Below are positions 38,201-47,056 of a DNA stretch of 64,000 nucleotides, piece after piece; position 1 is the stretch's first letter, and each line of letters starts with the position of its first letter. A program made the position numbers and the translations under genes. This DNA comes from Podarcis pityusensis (taxonomy: Eukaryota): NCBI GenBank assembly GCA_964106645.2, contig OZ067042.1. One strand, written 5' to 3'. The notes below the pieces were generated by a model. The model was given only the letters and a program-made list of their open reading frames with translations, was not told the DNA's origin and ran no database searches.

Positions 38201-40802
38201 CAACACTGAACACAGAACCTCCGTCTCCTATGTCCCCATCTGTAGAAGATGGAAGTGCTGACTGCATAATGGGCAGGGGATGAAACTATTTTACCTAGTG
38301 GTTAGAGTGCCAGAACAGGACCTGGGAGGCTTGGGTTCAAATCCCTGCTTGGCCACAAAGCTGGTGATGCCAGGATTGCACAGAGGGGCTGGTTGCATGA
38401 TCCGGTGCTTCTACATGGGAGGAGGGAGTGAGGTGGCTGCTGCCATGTGCACGATTGCAGCAGCTCTAAAAAGGCCGATTGCAGCTGTGCCAATGAAGGT
38501 GACTGCAAATCCATAGGGATGCATCCAGTTCTGTCCTAGTGCTTGTGCAACCAAACTCCTTGGCTCTTCCTGCACATACCTCAAACCAGCTCTGGAGGGT
38601 TTGGGGGACTCTGGAGCACTTTGGGGAAGGAAGGGTGCATGGGCAAAGGAAGAGAAAGTTGTGTTTTGCGCAGCACTGGATGCAGCCCATACAGTTGACA
38701 AGCCTTTTGATGGCCCTGTTTCCTGGGGGGGGGGCGGGGGGGGCTGCACACTGTCATCTCTAACTGTTGAACTACAGGCTTAACCAAAGTTCAGAAGGTG
38801 GCATGAAATAAACAATAATGAAATGCTGATTGGAATAATTTTATCTCACACAGAAGTTCTGGGAAGTTTCAAGGCAAATCCACGACTTTATCACATGGAA
38901 GCAGGTGGAGTGTCCTTTTGAGAAGGACAAGAAAATCCAGAGCTACCTGCTCACAGCACCTATTTATAGTGAAGAAGGTAAGATTCTTCGGCAGCTCACG
39001 CAAAATTTGCTCGTTTCCACAAACAACATGTGCAAGAGGCTCAACGGTGAAAGTGAAAACGGGCAAATTTGCCAACAGCTATGGATGTTGTTGGTGCTGA
39101 AGAGGAAGAGGAAGAGATATAAACTCTGCAACCGACAAGCATAAACCACATGGCAGTATTCTAAGAATCCATTACAGGATTCCTTTGGCTGTTAGGGCTC
39201 CGTTTGAAAGGATACATACTTGCAAGGCTGCTGACAGTAATGCAACCACAATGTTTTATAGGCTTAGGGTCCAAGGCGGCAGGTGTAGTTATAACTACCC
39301 ATGCTTTACAGAATACCACGGAGATAAGAGGGGGAAAATATATTCTATCTTTTATGTCTCCTAAAATGCTATCGTTTGACATCATTATGGCTATAAAAGG
39401 AGAAGGGCTGTAGCTCTGCTTGAGTTGCGGAAGGAACAGACAGGGGTGGGAATGTTCCCTGTCCCAAGTTGTGGAAAGACACTGCCAGTCAAAGCAGTAC
39501 TGAGCTAGGTTGGGCAATGTTCTTACTACATATAAGGCCACTTCCTCTGTTCCTATGTGATTAAAATCCTGTTACATGTTCTGACTGACTTCCCGTCCTT
39601 CTCTGCCCCACCTTCCCAACCCTCAGCTTTGTTTATTGCATCATTTGAAAGTGAAGGTCCAGAAAATCATATGGAGAAAGACAGCTGGAAGACACTCAGG
39701 TAATGAAACCAGTTCCTTGGTTCTTTCTCATACTGAGAAATGCAACCTACGCTACAGGCCTTTTTGAGCCTTCAGAAATTTGGCATGGGAGCTACACATG
39801 AGGTAAAGAAGAGGTGCCGCCAAAGTTTGCCATGCTCATGGACTCCATGGTGCTTGCCTCAATTGAGAGGCGAGAATTAGAAGGCCATTAATTCTTCTCT
39901 AGCTCAAATTAAAATCAAAGCCACACAAGACTTCTTGGTCTATTTCTGCTTTGAAGGACTACACTGAGAGCCAAATACCCAGACCACCCAGGGGAACATA
40001 ACCCCCCATGCATGACATGATTGTACGGTATGTGAAGGGGGGGATGACATTGTACAATGCTCATCTTTGTTGAAAAATAGAAAGCCAACACAACCAGCAA
40101 AGGACTTCTCCCTGGTCTACTAGTTTCCTTTTTGCAGGATGTTTTGTGTGGGTTTTTAATATTTAACTTGGATAGTATTGAGAAGTGATATTTCCCACCT
40201 GTTACCTGAGGCACTACAGCCCATCAACATTCTGCAATCTTATTTTCACTTCATTTTGCTGCAAATTTAAATCCAACACAGTAGAACAGCTCTGAAATGC
40301 ACAGCAGTCAAGGCCTTCCTGGACAAAGGCTGGATCCAAAATCACTTTTTGGTTGAGAAATACAGTGTAGGTGTAGTAGCTAGTATTAGTCTAGATTTTT
40401 TTAATATAAAAAACAAACAAACCAGGGAACACCAGTTCCAATATCAAGGGCCAGAAACCTGATCTGTAGTCAGTTTTCAATACATGGTTGAGGACTGGCA
40501 AGTCATTATCAAATGACTGAGAATACTGGGGTAAACTAAGTACACAGGTAACAGAGAAAACTAGAAACCTAATCATCCAGCTAGGCAGTTGGAGATCTGA
40601 AGCCAAGCTTAATGGGGCAGCCAGACACTAATAGCTGGGAACTTATACCAGCCAGTAATCTGAGCTGATCTCAAGTATATTCGCAGTTGCATCTGTTTCG
40701 CTTAATGTAACTTAAGGTGATAACATTTAAGACGATTTGCTGACGTTATCTTTTCATTTTTATCTCTTCATTTTTAGGACAACTCTGCTCAACAGAGCCT
40801 GA
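5085..40802 (+). CDS. RASGEF1A: RasGEF domain family member 1A, full spliced CDS: join(5085..5258,17995..18123,23296..23433,28176..28397,29685..29759,31752..31844,34649..34751,36042..36121,37716..37907,38854..38977,39627..39699,40778..40802); 1428 nt, 475 aa
   Basis: Twelve exons join in one frame with matching phases, from MPQTPIFSSMLG... to ...DSWKTLRTTLLNRA*. N-terminal REM region (LISGSLEALIERLVPT) and CDC25-type GEF motifs (LAQQLTHIE, NIGNFNSMMAIISGMN, IPVFNLFIKDIYFL). Sequence matches vertebrate RASGEF1A as recalled; the neighbour CSGALNACT2 fits known synteny. Confidence 0.96.
6225..6477. mobile_element. Tc1/mariner (Tigger-like) non-autonomous DNA transposon (MITE)
   Basis: About 22-bp imperfect TIRs (cagtcataaattggttttcaaa vs reverse complement cagtcataccttggttctcgaa) flanked by TA at 6223-6224 and 6478-6479. 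Confidence 0.85.
6688..7034 (-). mobile_element. Sauria SINE, full length
   Basis: - strand begins GGGACACGGGTGGTGCTGTGGG and ends in an (ACCTTT)n tail; perfect 15-bp TSD tatactcaactttag at 6673-6687 and 7035-7049; homologous to 26189-26530. Confidence 0.92.
7813..7980 (-). mobile_element. tRNA-Ile-derived SINE with CR1-like 3' tail; internal 28-bp tandem duplication
   Basis: - strand: ggatagctc...ttggttagagtgtggtgctaataatg..aaggtt...ttcgatccccgta, then gggggctggactagaggatcc...atgattctatg. Confidence 0.75.
12828..12886 (-). mobile_element. Short LINE 3'-end fragment (same family as 61459-61623)
   Basis: taataataatttattgtttataccccgcctatctggctgagtttccc is the reverse complement of the family tail. 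Confidence 0.6.
14612..14997 (-). mobile_element. L2-like LINE 3' fragment
   Basis: - strand encodes a degenerate ORF2 C-terminus (AFSVMAPHLWNALPREVRLAPSLYIFRCQAK...) followed by a T-rich 3' UTR; the tail resembles 63665-63775. Confidence 0.75.
16407..16496. mobile_element. Small hAT-like MITE remnant
   Basis: TIRs taaggttgccata / tatggcaacccta; both flanks share cttaga. Confidence 0.6.
17995..18123 (+). CDS. RASGEF1A: RASGEF1A coding exon 2
   Basis: Long pyrimidine tract then cgcag|; RTYIFTFLLSSRVFIHPHELLAKVGQICLKQKQQLETGVDADK; donor AAG|gtatgt. Confidence 0.95.
18787..18939 (+). mobile_element. tRNA-Lys(CTT)-derived SINE with CR1-like 3' tail
   Basis: 18787-18859 is near-identical to vertebrate tRNA-Lys-CTT (tagctcagtcagtagagcatgagactCTTaatctcagg..cgtgggttcgagccccac), but the acceptor stem cannot pair. 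It continues into ggtcccttccacctctac...gattctatg, as in the CR1 end at 25070-25170. Confidence 0.85.
20196..20334. mobile_element. hAT-family palindromic MITE (139 bp)
   Basis: Long TIRs (cagtgtttc...gaaacactg) and perfect 8-bp TSD atttattg (20188-20195 / 20335-20342). Confidence 0.9.
22130..22277 (-). mobile_element. Degenerate Squam3-like tRNA SINE
   Basis: - strand head cataggtcagtggcagaacg...ggttcaacctggtatctccaggtagggct; related to 39405-39557 and 59192-59378. Confidence 0.5.
22295..22710 (+). mobile_element. Degenerate L2-like LINE 3' remnant
   Basis: Translates FKVLVFIFRTPKALGSQYLKEHL, similar to the L2-like ORF2 at 57363; T-rich tail ending aataaat. Confidence 0.55.
23296..23433 (+). 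CDS. RASGEF1A: RASGEF1A coding exon 3
   Basis: tttcctag|; AKLKSFAAKIIQLLKEWTETFPYDFQDEKSMKELKEIAHRITQCDE; GAG|gtaagg. Confidence 0.95.
23925..24045. repeat. GC-rich minisatellite, about 32-bp unit x about 3.5, probably inside a DNA-transposon remnant (about 23790-24097)
   Basis: Units resemble ggtggatcaccgccacaccgatcagcccccc; the local region is CpG-rich compared with its surroundings. Confidence 0.7.
24209..24729 (+). mobile_element. 5'-truncated L1-clade LINE (ORF2 C-terminus + 3' UTR + A-rich tail)
   Basis: Perfect 17-bp TSD agaaaatacagctaaat (24192-24208 / 24730-24746); begins MELAEMTGRIRDQEEGSMEEDWKKFKIYLQKYCNIKEC*; AATAAA near 24700 then A-tail. Confidence 0.85.
25070..25170 (+). mobile_element. 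CR1 LINE 3' end
   Basis: gggttggactagatgacccttggggtcccttccaactct...gattctat, the canonical CR1 terminus. Confidence 0.8.
26189..26530 (+). mobile_element. Sauria SINE, full length, nested in an older short repeat
   Basis: GGGACGCGGGTGGCGCTGTGGG head and (ACCTTT)n tail; imperfect TSD aaatgtacctaa / aagtgtacctag. Confidence 0.92.
27656..27786 (-). mobile_element. tRNA-Ile-derived SINE with CR1-like tail (second copy)
   Basis: - strand ggatagctcagttgggtagagtgtggtgctgataatgccaaggttgcaggtttgatccc...ttggactacatga; homologous to 7813-7980. Confidence 0.72.
28176..28397 (+). CDS. RASGEF1A: RASGEF1A coding exon 4
   Basis: attag|; ENGTVKKIISQMTQNLL...SVCCDPLVLAQQLTHIEL; CTG|gtgagt. Confidence 0.95.
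29265..29410. mobile_element. Degenerate palindromic MITE
   Basis: Inverted ends catttaaagc...gctttaaatg around a gggaatggtagtt/aactacagatcc core. Confidence 0.5.
29685..29759 (+). CDS. RASGEF1A: RASGEF1A coding exon 5
   Basis: tatctag|; ERVSNIYPEDLMQIVSHVDSLDNHK; AAG|gtgcgt. Confidence 0.93.
30332..30460. mobile_element. Degenerate hAT-type MITE (related degenerate copies near 13868, 20410, 30050, 43110, 45690, 54270)
   Basis: Shares the agatgttg..gaact..aactc.cagc / gagttgtagtccaa..catctg symmetric core; flanks ctctaaga / ctctaata resemble an 8-bp TSD. Confidence 0.5.
31752..31844 (+). CDS. RASGEF1A: RASGEF1A coding exon 6 (followed by a GC donor)
   Basis: ttcttttgcag|; CRGDVTKTYTLEAYDNWFNCLSMLVATEICK; donor AAG|gcaagt is required to keep frame into exon 7. 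Confidence 0.92.
32443..32833 (+). mobile_element. Sauria SINE, longer subfamily
   Basis: gacgcgggtggcactg head and (ACCTTT)n tail; perfect 14-bp TSD acatcatgccttgt (32429-32442 / 32834-32847). Confidence 0.9.
34649..34751 (+). CDS. RASGEF1A: RASGEF1A coding exon 7
   Basis: atttcag|; VVKKKQRTRIVEFFIDVARECFNIGNFNSMMAII(S); T|gtgagt, phase 1. Confidence 0.95.
36042..36121 (+). CDS. RASGEF1A: RASGEF1A coding exon 8
   Basis: Strong pyrimidine tract ...tatttag|; (S)GMNLSPVARLKKTWSKVKTAKFDVLE; GAG|gtaatt. Confidence 0.95.
37716..37907 (+). CDS. RASGEF1A: RASGEF1A coding exon 9
   Basis: aaacag|; HHMDPSSNFCNYRTALQGAAQRSQ...HTNHLPNGQINFK; AAG|gtacag. Confidence 0.95.
38290..38370 (+). mobile_element. 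Old tRNA-derived (MIR-like) SINE head
   Basis: A-box-like tagtggttagagtg and B-box ggttcaaatccc. Confidence 0.45.
38854..38977 (+). CDS. RASGEF1A: RASGEF1A coding exon 10
   Basis: cacacag|; KFWEVSRQIHDFITWKQVECPFEKDKKIQSYLLTAPIYSEE(A); G|gtaaga, phase 1. Confidence 0.95.
39405..39557 (+). mobile_element. Squam3-like SINE (degenerate)
   Basis: gggctgtagctc...cactgccagtc...tactgagctag...ataaggccacttcctctgttccta tail. Confidence 0.55.
39627..39699 (+). CDS. RASGEF1A: RASGEF1A coding exon 11
   Basis: ccctcag|; (A)LFIASFESEGPENHMEKDSWKTL(R); AG|gtaatg, phase 2. Confidence 0.95.
40778..40802 (+). CDS. RASGEF1A: RASGEF1A last coding exon (stop TGA 40800-40802)
   Basis: Long pyrimidine tract ...tttttag|G ACA ACT CTG CTC AAC AGA GCC TGA = (R)TTLLNRA*. 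Confidence 0.93.
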
Positions 40803-43409
40803 GATTTTGGACTTCTGCTCTGGATTCTAAAGCACACACTAAAAAAAAACATTGTTTTTAAATCCTCGAAGACGTGATTTGAAAAAGGAAGGCCTCACTG
40901 GTTGGGGTCTGTTTTGTAGATACAATGCCTTTTATGAATTACAGAAGGAAAAAATGTGCTAAATATTTCACATCAACCTTAAGGCACTTAAAAAAATGAA
41001 GGATTTTGTTTTTTAACTATAAAAAGAAGAAGAAAAATCAAGGGCCGGGCCCTGTTCTCAGAGATGAAATGGATTGTGGGGAGTGGTATCTATGGTGGTG
41101 TCTTATTGTGATGACATCCAGATCTTTATTTTCATGTTCGGTTTCTTCCACCTAACACACGCACAGTTTCAGACGGGCTCAACATTTTGCAGGTTTGGTT
41201 TCCGCTATGCCTTGATCCACCCAACGCTTCCTGAAAATAAATGTTGTCATGTGGGGCCGATGCGTTTGAAATCAGCAAGGCTTCCACAGACCTAAAGAGG
41301 GACAAGAGCATTTCCCAGAACAGGTGCAGATTGACTAAGGACGGTATAAGCACAGACCCCTTGGTTGAACTATAACCCTCATTTGGGGCATCTGATATTT
41401 TTGAAGAGCTTGCTTCTCCTGCTGCATCACAGAAAACAGAAGGCAAAAAGCAGCTTCCAAGCCACACCTTGTTGCTCCCCCTTTTCCATCTAGTGAAGTA
41501 GGCCTTTGCCTATGAAAGCTCACACCGCAACAGATCTATGAGTTTCCAATGTGCCACACGTTTCTTTGTTGCTTCTATTGCAATGGATTCTACACTGCTA
41601 CACTTCTGGAATTTCTTCTCAATGTTCTGGGTTTCCCCTTTTGTTTTTGTCTTTATGCTGCTTTCCTGGCCTCATTTACTTTGTGGAGCACTAGAAAATT
41701 GTGCTCTTGGGGCCAATTTATACAGTCAACAGAGTCAAGCAGTAAAGCTTTGCCTGGAGTGTACTGCTATAGACAGAGGGGTGGTGTTGCTTGCATGTGT
41801 GAATGTTCAAATAAAAGAAACATACCTTGGAGAAGATTTTTCTACCCAATATGCTCGATTTCTACATACAGTGCCTTGGATCGTAAGATACACTAATGTA
41901 AGGGAGTTCATGGAAGTCAAGTGTTCCTTCTCCTCCCCCTGCTTCTTTGAAGGATCAGGGCTCCCTCCTGAACAATGTGGGATGGGCTACAGCAGCCTCC
42001 CAAATTGGACTTGGAGTTTACTTAAGTTCATGGAATAAAAATTTCCTGTCTCATCCTCTCCCAACAGCTCCCTGCAACCCATCCCAAATAATTTAGGAAG
42101 GCTCCCAATCATCCAGAGAAGTGTCTTTTGTTTTTAAGAGGCCAAGATTGCCGCGGAGCAGGGGGAACGGTGGGAAACTTTCTTTCCATGAACTTCCATA
42201 AGTAAACCTCTCTTAGGATCCAAGCCAATTCTTTTGTTTTTTCTGGAGAGCACACAAAAGCCTATCCACCCCCACCTGTAGTGGTCCAGATCAGGTCCAG
42301 CTTCACCATTTAATTCTGCCAGTTTTGTAAAGTTTGGTATGATTGGCAGACAGGCCGGTAGTCCTGCCCACCTGTCAGAGTTGGCCGATGGAGTTGGGGG
42401 CAGGGCGGAGAAAGATCTGGCCCACGAGGCCGAAAAGGTTCCCCCCACCCCTGGTGTAAATAGACTGCAAGGAAACAGTGTGGGAGCCTCTGCGGTTCAG
42501 CACAAAGACTGTCTCCTTTAGTCTGGCCTTAAAAACCACTGTAGCAGCATGGCTGCTCCCCTCTTACATCAGAGAATAGTGCCTTACAAGGTACTGAAAA
42601 TGTTTAGCGTACCTTCTTCTGCAACTCGGGTTGGAAGCAAGCAAAATAAAAATATGGATGTCTTTAATAATTTTTAAAAAAACCAGCTACAGCTTTGTAA
42701 ATAAACTGGAAGATATGGCACATGAACTAGAGTATACCTACAGTAATGGTGCAGCAGAACTTATTTTTGTTACAAGGTTTGACAAGGTAAAATAGGATAA
42801 TTGCTAGATCCTCCTTCATCTTTCCTCCTCCCCTACCCCTCCTTTACTAGACCCAAGAAGTCTTTAGTTTACATTTGTGTGTTTGTTTATCAGGGATTTT
42901 AAGAGAGGGAGAGTACAGTTGTCACAGTCTCAGCAAAAGATTAACTGCCAATGATGTGTTGTCTTTTACAAACTAGCCTCTGACGAACAAATCCTTAAAT
43001 TAGTCGGAGGAGGTCAACCAGAGTATTGCAACACAAGGTTCAAGGTGGACTTTATAAAAAAGCTTTGCTAAGTTAAGGTGAGCTCAAAGATCAGGTAAAA
43101 TATTAAAGCCATTGGTAGCCAGTGTGGTGTCCTCTGGAAGTTGATATATTGCACCTCCCAGCAGCCTCAGCTGACAAAGCCAATGATCAGGGATAATGGG
43201 AGCAACTTTTAGAGGACCACATTGGTTATTCCTGGGTTAAAACATCCTGCAGTGAATTTGAGAACAGTTTGCTGCTGCCATGCATTGCTCCTATTGGTAG
43301 GCCAATTGACTATCGATATTAGCTCATGTCCCCTGACCTTATGATAACATGTAAGAGCAATTTACCCGATTAAGTAACTTTTGTAGTTATAACTGTTTAT
43401 AATATATAC

Positions 43410-43508
43410 AGTCATGCTCAGAGTAGGCCCACTGAAATCAATGGATATGACTAATTTGGCTCCATCCACTTCAGTGGGTCTACTCAGACTGATGCTGGAG
43501 ACAACCCA
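43410..43508. mobile_element. Short palindromic MITE-like element within the RASGEF1A 3' UTR
   Basis: Inverted repeat agagtaggcccactgaa ... ttcagtgggtctactc. Confidence 0.55.
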
Positions 43509-44978
43509 ATATATGTAACACAAAGTCACCTTTTGATACCTAACTCCTCCTGGGATGATGGAGCTTGTTGTATAATTATTGGTGACAGTGGAACTTGTAA
43601 GAGGTTGTCTAGACAATCCACCACATTCTGGTGCAATCACAGCTGTGCAAGGCACAATTTCAAATTTATAAGCATTGCAATGCCTCCCTTAATTTATTAT
43701 ATTGCTTTGAGGAAACGTTTCCTACTCATTATAAATCTCCTATCATGCTATTTTGATATTTTCATTTCTCAGAGCTACACTTTTTTCCCTGCTCCTTTGA
43801 AAGACTTCAAGCTGTCCTCACACACAAGCCACATCACTTGATTACTCAGGCGGCAGCTGAATGTGTGAACTGACTCCAATAGAAGAGTATTACATTTGAG
43901 GTGCTCACTTACATGCAAAATCATGATTTGATGTTTCACTTTTCAAGTGCCGAACATCCATATGCGAACCAGCCCGTAAGAGCAAAACCACCCCATTTGG
44001 AACAAATCCCTACAGACCAAGTTTAGGAGCATATTCCAAAACCAATTAAGCTAGCCTAATTTAACTTATTTTTAATTGTTCTTGAGTATGTGGCTAATTC
44101 ACTGATAAGAATCATTAGGCTTCAGATTTCTCAGTTGCTTAAAAATCTTGTTACTATCCAGCTTTTTCCTAATTAATTTTTCAATTAGACAAAAAACAAA
44201 CACCAAGCACTGGATTAAAAATACTTGTTTTAATTAAGTGATAATTATATATTATCATGTACCTACTACCTTCTCGAGAACAATTAAACTAAGAACCCAT
44301 AGTGGGCCAATTAATATACCATATTTGCAACACCTAAAAACATAAATGTGTGAAAAGATCTTACTATTCCACCCTACCCCTGTTTTCAAGTTAATACATG
44401 TTTCTCTGGGAAGAAAACTCAGTTTTATTGAAAAAACAAATATGATTTGCCAAAGCATTTCACTGCCACCACAAAAATTGTTCAGCGAATAAGGCAAAAC
44501 AAATTAGCTAAATAGAAGCAATGGAACATACTTATACACGTCAAAAGAGGAAGCAGAATATTATGTATTAACAGAATGATGGCCCCACAAAGACAGAAAC
44601 AGAATTAGTGGCTTTGATTATTTGTGACCTGCTGCTATCCCCCCCACCCCCCAATGCTGAAGTATTGATCTTCAGCCCTAGAGGTAAGAGAATATTTATA
44701 CTGTATTATTACAGTGGGTTTTTTGCACTTTTGGAGATGTCCTAGCTAGCAACATTGTCAAAAACTATGAAAGGGATTGTATATCAGCTTTGTTAATGTA
44801 TTTGAAATTTACAAAAGGATGCTTTAAATTTCAGAGATATATATTTGAAATGCAGTTCTGGGACACTTTGTGTATACATATTTAAGAAGACAGAAAAAGC
44901 TTTTACATGAATGTGCACTCCAGTGGTCAATTGGTTCTAGTATATATACTTGAAAAAGTGCCATTTCTATATGGCTTT

Positions 44979-45006
44979 CTATTATTATTATTATTATTAT
45001 TATTAT
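44979..45006. repeat. (TAT)n microsatellite
   Basis: Visible directly in the sequence. Confidence 0.9.
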
Positions 45007-45132
45007 ATTCTTTTCCTTTGGTTTGATACATTCCTTCGCCATCCGTGTTTTTGTTATTCTGAGCTGAATTGCTACATATAAAGCTGTACCATAAAGCAGG
45101 ATATTCTGTGTTTGACTAGATGTGCTTGCATT

Positions 45133-45138
45133 AATAAA
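45133..45138 (+). terminator. Candidate distal polyadenylation signal (AATAAA) of RASGEF1A; implied 3' UTR about 40803-45160
   Basis: AATAAA after a long AU-rich, UTR-like stretch (44700-45130). More proximal AATAAA hexamers also occur near 41.2, 41.8, 42.0 and 42.6 kb, so the true end is uncertain. Confidence 0.45.
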
Positions 45139-46419
45139 ATCAGAATTGCTTCAACCAGGCAGCATGGATCATTGTCACTTTTTCTGCTCCCAAAAAGTAG
45201 GAATTCAGAGGTTCCTAGGCCATTTTTCAATGTGTAAAGCAGCAAACTGGATGAGGCGAATTAAGAGATCCTAGGGGAAACCCACAGGGTTGAACCAAAA
45301 GAGGACTGATAGCATCACAGCATCGTGTTAGCTGAAGTTTCCAGTTCAGACATCAATCTGGGAAAGAGACAAGCCTCTTACCCTCAGCGCACACCCATTC
45401 CCAGCCTCTGACAAAGATAATACTGGCCAACATTATAAGATTGTTGTAATGATTACTAACATCCATTCAGCCTTTAAGCACTTAAGTGTCTCCTTTATTT
45501 ATTTATTTATTTTTAAAGCTAGCCTAACGAAACAGTACTCTTAGCCTGCTATGTCAACAAACATCCTAGCTAAGGAGACATTTCAGTTTCTGTCCTGGTG
45601 TGATGGGGTCATGATATAATGCTAATGTTTTACCAATAGCCACTTCCATACCCTCCACTGCCCCACATGAAAATCAGGACACAACCTGGATGGGGACCTG
45701 TGACCCTCCAGATATTGTTGGACTACAACTCCCATAATTCCTAACTGCTGGCCATCTGATTAGGGCTGGTGGTTATAGTTGTCAGTTCGACAATATCTGG
45801 AGTGACACAGGTCCCCCAGCTCTGCCCTACACCATCCAAATCCCCTATATAGTAACTGTACACTAGGTATCAAAAATAGGTCCCAAGAAGCATTAGGAAA
45901 GCAAACTTTCCTTCCAACATAGTCAAACAAAGTTGGTTATAACCCAGCATAGAAATCTATGGCTGCAGGCCAACAAAATTAAAGATTTAGAATTACCTTA
46001 CAAGCTGGGGCCCCTCTATTTATTTATTTAGGCTTATTTCTAAACTGATTATTGTTGAAATAAGCAGGGGATGGTATAAATAGAAAATAGACTCTAAAAA
46101 TCGTCAGTATAAAGCGTACCAAAATAAAAAAGCACCAGAAGATGATAATACAAGGCTGCGGAGGCCAGGATTTCTGACAGAGAAGAGCCCAAGTGAAGTG
46201 TGAAGGGGCGTTTATAATGGGCCGCAAAATGTCGCTTACACACAAATGGGCAACTCCTGTTGCCCCCAGCAACACAAAGGCAACAGAGTCTCCAAATGGA
46301 CATTTTAAAATTTAGGCACCTCATTCACCTTACGATGCAGCTCAACTCAGGAAGACAATCCAACGTGCCCAGGAATGACTGCTGGGCACATTGCAATTTA
46401 ACAGTCCCTGGGAGTGTCC

Positions 46420-46690
46420 CCATTGGCTGGTTGGGCCTGCTCCCAGGGGAACACTCAAACAAGGGTTGCTGGCCTTGGCCAATAGCTGTGTGATTTGGTC
46501 TGTCATTGGTCAGATCACTTGCACATTTCGGGGCCTGGCCACAGCATCACCCACCCAGGAAGGTGAGCGGACTTACCTAGGCTCTTCACAAGGGAAACCA
46601 CAAGTATCCCTTTACTTTGTGAGGAGAAGATTGCTGTTGAAAGGCACCTGCCCTCTTGTGTCTTCGGCAGTTGGTTGCCTAGCAACACTG
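46420..46690. promoter_or_regulatory. Candidate promoter module: three CCAAT boxes, MYB site and RFX X-box
   Basis: ATTGG 46422-46426, CCAAT 46479-46483, ATTGG 46505-46509; CGGCAGTTGG 46665-46674; GTTGCCTAGCAAC 46674-46686. Confidence 0.4.
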
Positions 46691-46724
46691 TTTCTATTCA
46701 ACCCCCCCAGGATTCCACAGTCAA

Positions 46725-46790
46725 GAGTCATAGAATCATACAGTTGGAAAAGACCAGAAGGATCATCTAAGCTAGTCAACCCCCTGCAAG
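46725..46790 (-). mobile_element. CR1-type 3' tail fragment
   Basis: catagaatcatacagttggaaaagacc...tagtcaaccccctgcaa is the reverse complement of the CR1 terminus. Confidence 0.7.
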
Positions 46791-46979
46791 CAGGAGCTAA
46801 GAAGCAGGAGGTGACCGAGTGCCAGGTGAGTTCTGCTATAGGACAAGTCGATGACAAGGGAAACCTCTTCCTTACAAGAGGGCGAATAGTTTGTGTATAG
46901 CACAAAGGGAAGGGCGTCTTTTATATGCAAGGCAGATTGTGAGGCAATAAGTCAGAGCACATGTGCCAGCCTTCTTTGC

Positions 46980-47056
46980 CCCCAGAGTGGCTGGGGAAGC
47001 CCAGCCAGATGGGCGGGGTATAAATAATAAATTATTATTATTATTATTATTACTAC
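46980..47056 (+). mobile_element. LINE 3'-end fragment with (TAT)n tail
   Basis: cccagagtggctggggaagcccagccagatgggcggggtataaataataaattattatt, near-identical to 61536-61623. Confidence 0.75.

Noticed and set aside
41538-42038. 166-aa hydrophobic ORF downstream of the RASGEF1A stop
   Set aside because: It lies in T-rich 3' UTR sequence, which explains the hydrophobic composition; no recognisable homology.
46391-46900. 169-aa ORF across the intergenic motif cluster
   Set aside because: It has a non-ATG start, runs through a CR1 fragment and has no recognisable domain; the region is better read as regulatory.
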